In this document: positions 19,783 to 30,310 of the stretch, in pieces | How positions within the stretch are numbered: position 1 is the first letter of the stretch | Layout of the letters: each line of letters starts with the position of its first letter | Assembly (NCBI GenBank): GCA_021325655.1 | Contig: JAJPGT010000020.1 | Span: forward strand, 1,590 to 65,589 | DNA length: 64,000 bases | Source of the DNA: Pseudomonadota bacterium | Lineage (GTDB): Bacteria; Chloroflexota; UBA6077; JAJPGT01 | Direction of reading: 5' to 3' | Made by a program: the position numbers and the translations under genes | The notes under the pieces: generated by a model | The model's database searches: none | What the model was told of the DNA's origin: nothing | Seen by the model: only the letters and a program-made list of their open reading frames with translations

Positions 19783-21757
19783 CGATGCCCCCTTCCAGGT
19801 AATGGAACAGGACGATCCGCCTGAGATCGGGCACCCAGCCCGGGTCGCAGTCCAGCCCGGCCCGCCGGATTGGCACCGAGACCTCGTCCAGTGGCAGGGC
19901 CAGATCGACATGGGTGCGGGAGCACTGCACGCGCCCGCGCCGTCGCAGCAGGTCCGCGATCCGCACATCGGCCTCGGACTCGTCCGCGCCGAGCGCCCGC
20001 CCCAGCAGCCAGCGGACGAAACCGAGCGCCCGTGCCAGCCACCAGCAGGCGGCGGGAGCGAGTGCGCGCGCCGCCACGGGATGCAGCGGGAGGAGCGGCG
20101 CGGGTACGCCGGGCCACCAGTGAACGTTCAGCCCTACCGCTCGGTATGCCTCGACCTCCACCCGCGCAAGCTCGCGCCACGGCCTGCCGCAGCAGGGCAC
20201 GTCCGCGACCAGGAACCCGGCTTGGGCATCGCACAGCCGCAGCCGCGCCCCCCTCTGGCCGGCGACCCATTCCGCCTCCGCGAGGCTCCAACGTCGGAGC
20301 CAGGCCACGGGGAGGCGGAAGGCGCTGGCGCGCGGCAGGCCTCGCCCGATCGCGGCCCCCGGGCTCCGTCCATCCAGCTCCGCCAGCACCGCCCAGAGCG
20401 GGTCCGCCGCCAGCGGCACGCCGGCCGGCCCGAGCAGCGCCCGGGTGAAGGCTTCGACCAGCGCCCAACCCCCCAGGTGCGCCGCCAGCGGCGGCTCCGC
20501 CTCCCAACCGGCCGGCAGGTCAAGCCAGCGCAGCAGAGTCACCAGGAACAGCGCCCCGCCCAGCGCGGTCGGCACCCCCGCCCAGCGCTCCCCCGGATCG
20601 GCTACCGTCGGTTCTGCGTGGGCAGCGCCACGGTCCTCAGCGGCCTCGCGAGCAGCCCCGCTGCTCGCGGCGCGCGGCGCCGTGGGGCTCGCGCCCGCGG
20701 CCCGGGGCGGGGACGGGGCGGCGCGGCGCGGCTGATCAGGAGGCGCCGGCCGCCCGGTCGCTGGCGCCCGTGTCTCGGCCTGGGCCAGCCAGGCGGCGGC
20801 GCGGGCGGCGAACGGAGCGCTGCGCGCGAGCGCGGGCGCGTGGGCCAGCGCCAGCGCCAGGCCAAGCAGGTACTCGGCACGCGGCGGCAGGTCTACCACA
20901 CCCGGCGGCAGCCAGCGTTGCCAGGGCGCAGCCGCCCAGCGCTCGTCTGTAACGCTCTCTGACCTCCTGGCGCCCACATCCCGCTCTGCGCCTCCTGCCG
21001 AGAGCGAGGTGGAGGACCGGCGTTCGAGCTCCGCTCCACGCCTCGGCTGGGTGCCTGTCCCTTGTGTCCGGACGCCGGGAAGCAGCGCCCCGCCGATCCC
21101 CAGTGGCGCCGCTCCGCCATCCCTTCCCCGCGCCGTCTCGCCCGGGCGCAAGGTGGTTCCGCTGGCGCTATCCAGCATCCCGAACGCGGCCTCCAGCGCC
21201 CGGGTGACGGCCTGCACCTCGCCTGGCCCCAGCAGCCGTGCCGCCGCGACCACCTCGGTGGAAGAGAGCTCGAGCAGCGCCGCGGGCAGGAACGCAGCGT
21301 CCGCCTGCCAGGCAGCGGCGAGCGTCGGGCCGGGCGCTGTGGCGACGCCACGCAGGAGCTGCCGCCAGTACCAGCGGCCGGTGGCGCGGCCGGCGAGCAG
21401 GTCGCGGGTGAGGCAGGCGAGCAGCTCGGCGCGGTCGAGGAACAGGACGCTGGCGGCGCCGTCTGCCCGCTGCCCGCGCGCTGGGCGGGCAGCGGCGTGG
21501 TACAGCGCGTCGATCTGGCTGCGCACCTGCTCGCCCCAGCCGCGCGGGGCGCGGACCGCCTCCGGCAGCGGGGCCGGGCCGCGCAGGGTCCGCACCACCA
21601 GCACCGCCCCCGGCGGCATGCCCGCCGGGGGCAGCTCCAGCCCGCCCAGAAGCCGCTCCAGCCGCAGCCGCAGCGCCAGCGGGTCGAGGTCTCGCGCCAG
21701 CGCGGCGTCCGCCCACACTGCCAGCCGCCCCACCATCGGCCGCTCCGCCAGGCTCAT
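19772..21757 (-). CDS. eCIS-associated protein, possible tape measure (Afp14-position)
   Basis: Sits directly upstream of the ATPase; Ala/Pro-rich middle; C-terminal IRRAGLDCDPGWVPDLRRIVLFHY. Confidence 0.55.
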   Translation of the reverse strand: MSLAERPMVGRLAVWADAALARDLDPLALRLRLERLLGGLELPPAGMPPGAVLVVRTLRGPAPLPEAVRAPRGWGEQVRSQIDALYHAAARPARGQRADGAASVLFLDRAELLACLTRDLLAGRATGRWYWRQLLRGVATAPGPTLAAAWQADAAFLPAALLELSSTEVVAAARLLGPGEVQAVTRALEAAFGMLDSASGTTLRPGETARGRDGGAAPLGIGGALLPGVRTQGTGTQPRRGAELERRSSTSLSAGGAERDVGARRSESVTDERWAAAPWQRWLPPGVVDLPPRAEYLLGLALALAHAPALARSAPFAARAAAWLAQAETRAPATGRPAPPDQPRRAAPSPPRAAGASPTAPRAASSGAAREAAEDRGAAHAEPTVADPGERWAGVPTALGGALFLVTLLRWLDLPAGWEAEPPLAAHLGGWALVEAFTRALLGPAGVPLAADPLWAVLAELDGRSPGAAIGRGLPRASAFRLPVAWLRRWSLAEAEWVAGQRGARLRLCDAQAGFLVADVPCCGRPWRELARVEVEAYRAVGLNVHWWPGVPAPLLPLHPVAARALAPAACWWLARALGFVRWLLGRALGADESEADVRIADLLRRRGRVQCSRTHVDLALPLDEVSVPIRRAGLDCDPGWVPDLRRIVLFHYLEGGIDGR

Positions 21758-21764
21758 CGCCCTG

Positions 21765-23051
21765 CTACCTCAGCTCCAGCGAGATCCACTCGGTAGCACT
21801 GAACCGCTTGGTGAACAGCACGTAGGGCTGGGCATGATGATCCAGCAGGTTCTCTTTGACCAGGTACAGGTTGACGAGTGACGCGTTCGGCTTGTCTCGT
21901 TCGAGGCGGATCGCCTCGTCGTGCCAGGACTGGTTGACCAGGAAGTCGACCGAGTCGTGGTCCAGCACCCCGATGCGGTCTGGGAACCCCTCGAAGAAGA
22001 CCTCAAGGTCGAACCCTTTGCTGAGCGACCGCTTCTTCGCCAGCAGGATGGCGATCTGCCGCTCGCCCGAGCCAGCCTGGCGCACCCGGGCGAACAGCGC
22101 GCTGGTGGTAATCGGCAGCAGCCCGGCGGGCGGCAGGAAGGGGAACACGAGCGAGCCAACCGCCTTCGCCGCCCGGCCGCTCTCGACCAGCTCCCCGGCC
22201 TGCTGCTGAAACTGAAGAAAACGCGCCTGCGCCTCGGCCACGCGCTTGTCGCTCAGCAGCCCGCTCCAGGCGTCCAGCGCAGAGGGGCGGGTGAGCCGTC
22301 GCCGCGCCGACCAGCCGTCCACGAAGTCGAGGGCGCTGCCGGTCCAGAAGAACACCGCCAGCGGCAGGTCGCAGCCAGTCAGGTCGGAGCCGAGCTGGTC
22401 CAGCCCACCGTAGCGGTCGTCGAAGCTGAACGGATCGACGGCGAGCTTCCGCAGCGCCTCGCTCCCGAAGCACCAGTGGGCCAGCAGATTGCGGCGATTG
22501 TCGCCGGTGACGCCGCTGGTCGGGAAGCCGACCAGCGGGATCGCTTTGAACTGGAGCCCCTCGACCTCCCACTTGCCGGTGCAGCTCGCCGGACTGGTGC
22601 TGCCAGCGGACGCCTGGAGTGGGGCGAGGCCGTCGAGCTGCGAGGCCGGCAGCGCGGTGAGCAGGTAGGCCCCGCTGGGAATGGACGTGCTGCTATTCCC
22701 GGCGCTGAAGTCGCAGCGGGCGAAGCGCCCGGCGTCGTCCTGGGGGGCGGCGCCAGGCGCGATGCTGGCGAGCGGCAGGGTGACCGGGCTGGCCAGCCGG
22801 ATCGGGTCGCCGTTGCGGTTCAGCCCGAGCCCGGCCGTCACTTGCAGGCTGGTAGCGCTGCTCGGGGCGGTGGAGACGAGCAGCCCATCGATCACACCCG
22901 GCCCGGCGGCCCGACCCAGCCAGGCGAGGCGGGCGAGAGTGGCGTCGCGGTCCGCCTTCAGGTCCTCCGCCGCCAGGAGCCGCCCGTTGACGTAGTGCGG
23001 GGCACGCAAACCCTGGTCGAAGCTGCTGCCAAGGAGCTGGACCGCGCTCAT
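21765..23051 (-). CDS. eCIS structural hypothetical protein (fibre/baseplate-associated?)
   Basis: N-terminal HYVNGRLLAAEDL...GPGVIDGLLV...VTAGLGLNRNGDPI, a pattern typical of tail-associated proteins. Confidence 0.6.
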   Translation of the reverse strand: MSAVQLLGSSFDQGLRAPHYVNGRLLAAEDLKADRDATLARLAWLGRAAGPGVIDGLLVSTAPSSATSLQVTAGLGLNRNGDPIRLASPVTLPLASIAPGAAPQDDAGRFARCDFSAGNSSTSIPSGAYLLTALPASQLDGLAPLQASAGSTSPASCTGKWEVEGLQFKAIPLVGFPTSGVTGDNRRNLLAHWCFGSEALRKLAVDPFSFDDRYGGLDQLGSDLTGCDLPLAVFFWTGSALDFVDGWSARRRLTRPSALDAWSGLLSDKRVAEAQARFLQFQQQAGELVESGRAAKAVGSLVFPFLPPAGLLPITTSALFARVRQAGSGERQIAILLAKKRSLSKGFDLEVFFEGFPDRIGVLDHDSVDFLVNQSWHDEAIRLERDKPNASLVNLYLVKENLLDHHAQPYVLFTKRFSATEWISLELR

Positions 23052-24943
23052 TGCCCGCCTCCCGCGACTCGGGCGTAGGCTACCAGGAACTTCCCGCCGG
23101 TGTTCCCGACGAAGCTGGCCCGGTGCTGCTGGATGAAGGCGCTCAGAACCGTATCCTGGCCATTCACCGCCTGGATGGGCAGGTCCATGGTGAACAGGAA
23201 GCGCAGGTAGGGGGAGTTCTTGGCCTTCTTCCAGTCCGCCAGGTTCAGGCTCACCCGGAACACATTGTGCTGGAGCATGGTCACTGCGGTGACCCGGATG
23301 TTCGCCAGGCTGTTGCCGAACGGCCCGTTCGTCTCCGCTAGAACACGCAGGACCTGCCGGAAGACGTTGGGATCTTCCAGCTTCTGGCTCACCCGGAACG
23401 CCTCGTCCTCGCCCTCCAGCGCCAGGTGGAACCAGAGCTCGAGCAGGCCCTCGCCGACGCTCAGCGTGGTGATCGTCACGAATGGGCGCGGCGGGATGCG
23501 GAGGATGAGCTTGATGACCTCTTCCTCGGTCAGCCCGGGCTGCGGCGCTGGCGGCGGGAGGTCCACCTCGTAGAACGCCTCGATCGTGTTCAGCCCGTCG
23601 TAGCCGAGGTACACCGAGGGCTGCGTGGCGAGCACGTCGGCCAGGGTGACGGCGTCGCTGCCGACGCTGATCTGGTCGGTGTCGAAGGCGAACTCCAGGA
23701 GCTCATCGTCGACCAGTATCTCGTGCTGGGGGGTGAGATCCCAGAGGAAGGAGAAGGGGCCGCCGCGCGGGCTGGCGCTGAAGGTGATTGGCAGCGCGAG
23801 GTCGCGCCGGGCGGTGAGCGCGGGGCCGAGCTTGACCGGCTGGTCGGTATGGAACCAGGCGGTGAGCCGCGTCCCGGCCGCGTCCTGCACGGTGTTGAAG
23901 GTGACGAACTCGGCCGGCGGGCGCTCTGGCGGAGGCGGCGCCGCCACCACCTCCCCGCCGCCGAGGAGCAGCAGCTCCTGGATGAGCTGGGTGTGCAGCA
24001 GGTAGGGGCAACCGTCGTCCACGGGCGGATCGAACGCGCTGATGCGCGGGGCGCTGGGATCAAACGGGGTGGCGAGGGTGACGTCGAGCCGGGCCAGCAG
24101 AATGCCCGCCTCGGGCAGGGTGGCGCCCGGGCCACTGCTCGGGTCGATCAGGTCTGGGGCGATCTGAGGGCGGACGTCGGTCGCCCAGACAGTAAAGATG
24201 CGATCCAGCGCCTCGCGGCCCGTCTCCAGCGGAAGCTGGAAGCCGCCGGAGGGCGGCGAGCCGATGAGCCCGGCGCAGGGGTCTGGCCCGGCCAGTTCGC
24301 GGACCTGCTGGATAATCGCCGGCTCGTCGGAATCGAGTGGATCCAGCCCGGCGACGAAGTGGACCTCGGCCATCAGGCGGGCGAAGCAGCGCACCGCGTC
24401 CCAGGCCGGCATCGCCGGCGGGGTCCAGCGCAGCTCGATGTTGTAGGCGTCGCGGATCCGCGACGGCGCCTGCGTCGCTTCGCTGCTGCTGCACGGCTGG
24501 CCGGGGATCGGCACCAGCGCTTCGGGGCACTCGTCGTAGCTGGCCACGACGTAGACGCTCAGCCGGCCGGCGGGATCCAGGTGGCCGGCGACGACCCCGG
24601 GCTGCTTGCGCTCCTGCGCCGCCAGCCAGGCACCCAGCCGGGCGCACTGGTCGTAGCGGACGACGACCGGGCGGCCCCACTGGTCGATCCCCATCCCGCG
24701 GCTGACGGTTACCTGCACGTCGTCGGCGCTGCCGCTCGGCCGGGCGAGCGTGACGTCCAGGCCGAAGACAGTTCCGTAGCCGTGCAGCGCGCGGTTGTGC
24801 AGGTACTCCTTCTCGCGGAAGTACAGGTCTTCCTGGCGGAACTCGTCGACGCCCAGGACGAGACCGAACTCGTAGTTCACGCGCAGGTCGGGGCTCAGCG
24901 TTCCGTTGGCTGGGGAGACGCAGCGCTGGTTGACATCATTCAT
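23048..24943 (-). CDS. eCIS structural hypothetical protein (fibre/baseplate-associated?)
   Basis: ATG 24943 with AGGAG RBS; RVNYEFGLVLGVDEFRQE...LHGYGTVFGLDV...VSRGMGIDQWGRPV. Confidence 0.6.
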   Translation of the reverse strand: MNDVNQRCVSPANGTLSPDLRVNYEFGLVLGVDEFRQEDLYFREKEYLHNRALHGYGTVFGLDVTLARPSGSADDVQVTVSRGMGIDQWGRPVVVRYDQCARLGAWLAAQERKQPGVVAGHLDPAGRLSVYVVASYDECPEALVPIPGQPCSSSEATQAPSRIRDAYNIELRWTPPAMPAWDAVRCFARLMAEVHFVAGLDPLDSDEPAIIQQVRELAGPDPCAGLIGSPPSGGFQLPLETGREALDRIFTVWATDVRPQIAPDLIDPSSGPGATLPEAGILLARLDVTLATPFDPSAPRISAFDPPVDDGCPYLLHTQLIQELLLLGGGEVVAAPPPPERPPAEFVTFNTVQDAAGTRLTAWFHTDQPVKLGPALTARRDLALPITFSASPRGGPFSFLWDLTPQHEILVDDELLEFAFDTDQISVGSDAVTLADVLATQPSVYLGYDGLNTIEAFYEVDLPPPAPQPGLTEEEVIKLILRIPPRPFVTITTLSVGEGLLELWFHLALEGEDEAFRVSQKLEDPNVFRQVLRVLAETNGPFGNSLANIRVTAVTMLQHNVFRVSLNLADWKKAKNSPYLRFLFTMDLPIQAVNGQDTVLSAFIQQHRASFVGNTGGKFLVAYARVAGGGQ

Positions 24944-24995
24944 CGTCGGTCTCTCCTGTACAGGTAGCTGCGGCGTCTGGCATCGTCCCTCGCTC

Positions 24996-27527
24996 TCACA
25001 GGGCCGGCAGGTCGCCCAGGCGGTCGCGGTCGAGCACCAGCCGGTCCGCGATGTCGAACGGGTACGGGGCCTCCAGGTAGGCTTCGGGCAGGTAGGATTC
25101 GCCGAGCCGGAACGGGGCGAAGCGGCTGCTCTCGCCGAGACGGGTGTCCAGCCCAAGGCGCGCCTCGCCGACCCGGAACAGGTCCCAGAACCGCTTCAGC
25201 TCGTAGGCGGTGTGGGCCGGCTTCTCCAGCCGGACGAGCCGCTCCACCATGTCGCGCTCCTCGTCCGACAGGTCGTGCGGCACCAGCACGGTGAACCAGT
25301 GCGCGCTCGCCGCCACGTCGTGGCGGGTGAGCGCGCGGAATGTCTGGCTGCCGGTGTCGGTCGGGTCGCCATACGCCAGCCCGCCGACGCCGCGGGTACG
25401 GAACCGCTCGACGATCCGCACCCGGCCGGCGTCCCGCGCCAGCGGCGGCAGCAGACTCTCGTCCACCCGGCAATCCAGGTACAGCCGCAGCGCCGCTTCC
25501 ACCCCGGACAGAGTGCCCCGCCAGCGGAAGAGCTGGTCGGCGTGGCGGATGAAGAATCGGCGGCGGCGCTCGTCCCAGAGCGGGTCCAGCGCCAGCCCGA
25601 ACCAGCAGGCGAGCCAGTCGAGCGCCTCCGGCGGGGCGGTGTCCGGGCTGAACAGCGCGGCGACGTGCTCGATCCTGTCTTCCAGGTCGGTGTAGAAGCC
25701 CTCCACGTTCGCCAGCCAGCGCTCCAGGAACGAGGCGGAGACCGGCTCTTCGCGGTAGATCGCCGGCAGGTAGTGCTCGGAGTACGAGAAGCGCGGGTAC
25801 CAGGCGCGCAGCGCCCGCAGCAGCGGGGTGGAACGGCCGGTTCCGAGCAGCGTCACCTCGAGCTGCAGGTAGCGTCCGCGCACTCCCTGGAACAGGAATT
25901 CCCAGGTGCCGGTGCGCTCCGGGAACGGCTGGGCGCCAGCGCGTAGGTCTGCCCAGGGGTTGTAGAAGGGGATCTCGGACCCGCCACCGCGCAGGTAGGG
26001 CGTGGGCTGCGGAAGCCAGGAGGTCTGCGCCAGAAAGTCCGGCTCGTCGGCGGCGCGGGCACGGACGGTGATGGCGGTGCCGACCGGGATCTGCGCGTCG
26101 AGGAAGAGCCGATGCCAGACACAACCCGGCAGCCCGCCGTCGAACGGCTGGCCCTGCCGGTCGGGCCGGAAGTCGGTCGGGGTGGTGAAGACGGCGCGGC
26201 CGGCGTAGCGGCACTCGGTCAGCACCGCCAGCGGCACCCAGCGCTCGCCAACGTCGTAATACGCCTGTCCGTCCGCGGCCACCAGCGCCTTCGCCCCCCA
26301 GCGGCGCAGCGGCAGGAACTCGTGGCGGTCGGCCAGCGTGCGCGCCTGATGGTCGAGCGTGAAGGCGAACGCCTGGTCGCCGTTGCGCTCAGCGACGTAG
26401 ATCGTCCGCGTTGGTGGTTTGGCTAGGCTGGACGAGCCGGCGACGGCGGCCAGCGCTGCCTGGTCGCGGCAGCCGCAGTTCCCCCTATGGCGCGGCGCGG
26501 CCTGAGGCTCGCCGGTCTCGACGTAGGCGAAGTCGTGGCCGGCGACGGAGAACAGCGTCATCTCGCCCGCTTCCGAGCGCGGGTCGGCCGCTTCGACCGC
26601 GTCCTCGAGCGAGTACGTGGCGACCAGATCGCCCGCCTGGTACTCGTAGATGATCGAGTAGGGACGGGCGGGGTCGGTGTCCAGGATCAGCGCGCTGCCC
26701 TGCGGCCCGGACTCGATGCTGACCGGCGAGAGCGGTAGCTCGGCCGGCGAGCCGCCGGCCAGCGGGTACCCCCAGGGGTGGGCCGCGCCGCGCACCACAT
26801 TCGTCGGTGCCCCGGCCTGGCGCGGCTGGAACAGCGCCGGCTGGTCCGGATCGACCTCCGCCAGGAGCCGGAAATCGGCGTCGAGCGCCCAGTAGGTGAG
26901 GTTATCGCGGTCGAGCACGAGCACCCCGCCGTCCGGGGTCGGCGCCAGGTCCCAGGGAAGGAACGGGACGTCGTCCGGCCAGCGCAGCAGCAGCGGGCCT
27001 CCGCCACGGTGCAGGTCGAACACCAGTAGCCCGTGGCGGGTCACGTCGCCGACCACCAGGTAGTGGCGGGTGGTGACCACCAGGCCGCGCAGCAGCAGCG
27101 TGGGCGGCGCCGGCTCCAGGCACGGGGCGAACGTGGTGGCGTCGGCCAGGATGCAGCGGCGGGCCAGATCGGCGCTGCTCCACCACTGCGCCACGCGGCG
27201 GGTGCCGGCCGGAAGCCAGCGGATACTGCTCTCGGAGGGGTCGATCCAGTACCAGGTGCCGTAGCGGTCGCGCCCGGCCCCACGCCGACGGGCGAGGTCG
27301 AGCGGCCGGGCGGGACGAGCGTGGCGGAAGATCGGAATCTGCTGCGCCAGCCGCAGGCTGCCGCTGGCGACGTGCCACTCGAGCGGGACGTGCGGGTTGC
27401 GCTCGGGGGAATCGGTAAGCAGGTCGCGCAGCGGCACGCTGGCGCCGTCGTCCAGGACGAGCTGGCTGCCGCGCCAGTCGTCCAGGCCGTACAGTAAATG
27501 GTACCGGGTGCCGTTGACGTCTGCCAC
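24996..27527 (-). CDS. Phage tail protein I-like (baseplate wedge) domain protein with a large N-terminal extension
   Basis: C-terminal YLPAIYRE..FLERWLANVEG..ALDWLACWFG..RWRGTLSG..EKPAHT (P2 gpI-like). Confidence 0.8.
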   Translation of the reverse strand: MADVNGTRYHLLYGLDDWRGSQLVLDDGASVPLRDLLTDSPERNPHVPLEWHVASGSLRLAQQIPIFRHARPARPLDLARRRGAGRDRYGTWYWIDPSESSIRWLPAGTRRVAQWWSSADLARRCILADATTFAPCLEPAPPTLLLRGLVVTTRHYLVVGDVTRHGLLVFDLHRGGGPLLLRWPDDVPFLPWDLAPTPDGGVLVLDRDNLTYWALDADFRLLAEVDPDQPALFQPRQAGAPTNVVRGAAHPWGYPLAGGSPAELPLSPVSIESGPQGSALILDTDPARPYSIIYEYQAGDLVATYSLEDAVEAADPRSEAGEMTLFSVAGHDFAYVETGEPQAAPRHRGNCGCRDQAALAAVAGSSSLAKPPTRTIYVAERNGDQAFAFTLDHQARTLADRHEFLPLRRWGAKALVAADGQAYYDVGERWVPLAVLTECRYAGRAVFTTPTDFRPDRQGQPFDGGLPGCVWHRLFLDAQIPVGTAITVRARAADEPDFLAQTSWLPQPTPYLRGGGSEIPFYNPWADLRAGAQPFPERTGTWEFLFQGVRGRYLQLEVTLLGTGRSTPLLRALRAWYPRFSYSEHYLPAIYREEPVSASFLERWLANVEGFYTDLEDRIEHVAALFSPDTAPPEALDWLACWFGLALDPLWDERRRRFFIRHADQLFRWRGTLSGVEAALRLYLDCRVDESLLPPLARDAGRVRIVERFRTRGVGGLAYGDPTDTGSQTFRALTRHDVAASAHWFTVLVPHDLSDEERDMVERLVRLEKPAHTAYELKRFWDLFRVGEARLGLDTRLGESSRFAPFRLGESYLPEAYLEAPYPFDIADRLVLDRDRLGDLPAL

Positions 27528-27538
27528 GCTCCGCCTCG

Positions 27539-29890
27539 CTAGCACTGCTTCGGAAGAACCGGGACCGGGACCGTCGTGGACGGGGTGGCCGCCCGTGGCC
27601 CGAGCAGCTCGGCCGGGTCCTCAGCCGCCCCCTCGCGAACGCTGATCGCCACCAGCCGCGGGAGCTGTAGCCCGGCCAGCGGGATCCGATCGGCGTCGGT
27701 CAGGGTCACGCCGTCGCTGGAAAGGCTCGCCAGCCGCACCGAGTCCACGTACCGAACCCCGATCACCCGCGTCGCCACCGCTTCCAGGTCGCGGTCACGC
27801 ACCTCGGTCCCCAACGGCCAGCCGGTCCCGCGCGGCGGAGCACAGGGAGCGGTGGGAGCCGCCGTCGGGTCGCAGACCGCATCCAGGTCCGGGGCACCGG
27901 GGATCGGCGGGCCGCCGACCAGCGGGGAGAGATACACGCGCAGCGCCGCCTCCACGTTGCGCCGAACCAGTTCACGCACCTGGCCAGGGGCGGTGGTGAT
28001 CCCCACCGTGACCCAGATCGAGACGTACTCCGGGCCGCGGACGAAGATCTCGGTAGTGAGCAGCCGGCGCGGGTCGAGCCAGGCGCAGACTGCCTCCAGG
28101 AAGAGCCGATCCGGCACCGGGGCCTCCGGCTGGCGGGCATCGTGGCGCGGGATCACCATCACGGTCACCGTGCCCGGGGCGGTCTGCGGCGGGCCGGTCG
28201 GCGAGAAGAGGTCCGGGTTGAACAGCGGGAGCACCTCGACTCGGCCGACGTCGACGCCCGGGGTGCGGAGCGTCAGATCGCGGAAGTCGCTCGCGGTTAC
28301 CAGCCGGTCGCGGTGTTTCAGGTAGCGGGGGATGTTGCGCTCGCCGTCCGCGGCCGTCTCACCGGCGTCCGCGCCCCAGGTCGGGACCGGGTTCTCGACC
28401 TTGAAGCCGCCCGGCAGCGCCGCGCTCTTGTTCAGCGCGCCGATCCCGACGTTACCGGCCGGCCCACCCCCGTACTCGTAGCTGACCCGGATCGCCTGTC
28501 CCAGCGGTGGGCGCATCCCGCGCAGCCCACTGCCGAAGCTGACCAGGCCGGCCTCGGGATCGACCGCGTAGACTTTATCGCGCGGTCCGGCCGCGAATAG
28601 GTCGTCGGTGCGGGTCCACGCCTCCCAGGTGCCATCGGTGCTCTGGATCTCGAGCCGGAAGGTGTCGCGCAGCGCGCCCGTCTCGGGGTCCGGGATGGCC
28701 TCCAGGATAACCGGGGTGTTGGCAACCTTGAACACCTGGTCGGGCGCCCCGGTGCCGATCCCCAGCCGCTCGCGGTTGACCGGCAGCGCCTGGATCACCC
28801 GCGCGGCATTGGCCCCCACCCAGGAGACGCGGGCGCTCTGCCTCAGCGCCGGCGAGCCACCCGCGGCGTCCCCGTTCGCCGCGGGTTCGGGCAGCCGGAT
28901 GCGGATCCAGGTAGCGATGCGCTGCGCCAGGCTGGCGTCCTCGACCAGCGGGGGGTAGTCGCCGCTGCCCTCCTCGCCCGGGTCGAAGTCCCACAGGACA
29001 AGCGCGTCATATGACGGCAGCGTGACCTGGACGATTCCGGCCTCGTCCAGCACAGCCTCACCGTACTCCACAGGCAGGCGGGTGTAGTGGGCCGGGGCGA
29101 GCGTGTCCATGATGGTCGGGTCGGGGGCGGCGATCTCGAAGATCAGCCCGGAGGCGTTCTCCTGTGGGCTGGTCCAGTTCGCCGGCTCCAGCACCTTCTC
29201 CTGGCAGCTCGGGGCTGGGTAAATGCCCAGGGTGAGTGTCTGGTCGGCGATCGCCGCCCGCACCGTGTCCAACGGGACGTTCGGCGGCCCGACCAGCGCT
29301 ACCCAGAGCGAGCGGTCGATGGTGCCGTTGACACCGTCGGCCAGGTCGACCACCGGTGGCTCCTTGCCGGTCTGCGGCGGATCGAGCGGGGTGGAGGTGT
29401 AGAACTGCAACTGGTCGCCGGCCTGGTCCAGCAGCGGCGCATAGACTGTCTGGTACTGCTGCCGGGTGGCGTCGTCCAGGTCCGGGGTGGGTCGCTTGTA
29501 GAAGACGGCAGCGGTGACAGGGAGGATGCACACTCCGGTGCGGGTGATGAATGGCACCTTGCCGGCTCGTAGCTCCACCCCGGCGTCCAGCGGGTAGGGC
29601 TGAACCGGGCCGCGCTCGTTGCGGAACGCCACCAGCCCGCGGGCGGGCATCGCCGGCTGGAGCGGGATGTTCAGCAGCTTCAGGAACGCGAGCCGGTTCG
29701 CCTCCGGGATACGGTTGCTGCGGTACAGCAGGTTGTCGGTCATGAAGGCGAACAACTGCACCAGGGTGATGCCCGGGTCGCTGTCGTTGAGGTTGGTCCA
29801 CTCCGGGGTGTGGACCGGGATGCGCGCCTTCGCCTCCGCGAAGAGCTGCTCGAAGGAGCGGTCGTCGAGCTGGGGGACTTGCAGCGGCAT
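27539..29890 (-). CDS. Baseplate J-like assembly protein (Afp11-like)
   Basis: PQLDDRSFEQL..RIPVHTPEWTNLNDSDPGITLVQLFA, FGSGLRGMRPP, YGGGPAGNV, RLVTASDF. Confidence 0.92.
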   Translation of the reverse strand: MPLQVPQLDDRSFEQLFAEAKARIPVHTPEWTNLNDSDPGITLVQLFAFMTDNLLYRSNRIPEANRLAFLKLLNIPLQPAMPARGLVAFRNERGPVQPYPLDAGVELRAGKVPFITRTGVCILPVTAAVFYKRPTPDLDDATRQQYQTVYAPLLDQAGDQLQFYTSTPLDPPQTGKEPPVVDLADGVNGTIDRSLWVALVGPPNVPLDTVRAAIADQTLTLGIYPAPSCQEKVLEPANWTSPQENASGLIFEIAAPDPTIMDTLAPAHYTRLPVEYGEAVLDEAGIVQVTLPSYDALVLWDFDPGEEGSGDYPPLVEDASLAQRIATWIRIRLPEPAANGDAAGGSPALRQSARVSWVGANAARVIQALPVNRERLGIGTGAPDQVFKVANTPVILEAIPDPETGALRDTFRLEIQSTDGTWEAWTRTDDLFAAGPRDKVYAVDPEAGLVSFGSGLRGMRPPLGQAIRVSYEYGGGPAGNVGIGALNKSAALPGGFKVENPVPTWGADAGETAADGERNIPRYLKHRDRLVTASDFRDLTLRTPGVDVGRVEVLPLFNPDLFSPTGPPQTAPGTVTVMVIPRHDARQPEAPVPDRLFLEAVCAWLDPRRLLTTEIFVRGPEYVSIWVTVGITTAPGQVRELVRRNVEAALRVYLSPLVGGPPIPGAPDLDAVCDPTAAPTAPCAPPRGTGWPLGTEVRDRDLEAVATRVIGVRYVDSVRLASLSSDGVTLTDADRIPLAGLQLPRLVAISVREGAAEDPAELLGPRAATPSTTVPVPVLPKQC

Positions 29891-29901
29891 CGCGGCTCCT
29901 C

Positions 29902-30297
29902 TCAGGCGCTCAACGCGACTGTCAGGCTGACGCGCTCCGGCTGCCGGGTGGCGATCAGCGTGTAGGCGATGGTAATGTCCACCGCTCGCGCGTCGGCCGG
30001 GTTGGTCGCCACCCGCACGTCGTCCAGCGCGATCCGTGGCTCCCAGCGGCTCAGCGCCCGCTTGACCTCTTCCTGGATCAGCCGCAGGGTGGCGACGCCG
30101 TTCGGTTCGAACAGGTAGCGGTCCAGGCCACAGCCGAAGTCCGGCCGCAGCAGCCGCTCGCCGGGCCGGGTGCGCAGGATGATGCAGATCGCTTCCCGCA
30201 CGTTCGGCTCACCACTGGACCACGCCATGTGGCCATCCGCCCCCACCCGCAGCGGGAACGCCACCCCCTGCCCGTACAGCGCGCCGTTGGTCGGCAT
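29902..30297 (-). CDS. GPW/gp25 baseplate protein (Afp9-like)
   Basis: GVAFPL, ILRTRPGERLLRPDFGCGL, ALSRWEPRI. Confidence 0.93.
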   Translation of the reverse strand: MPTNGALYGQGVAFPLRVGADGHMAWSSGEPNVREAICIILRTRPGERLLRPDFGCGLDRYLFEPNGVATLRLIQEEVKRALSRWEPRIALDDVRVATNPADARAVDITIAYTLIATRQPERVSLTVALSA

Positions 30298-30310
30298 TCG
30301 TCGCTCCTCC

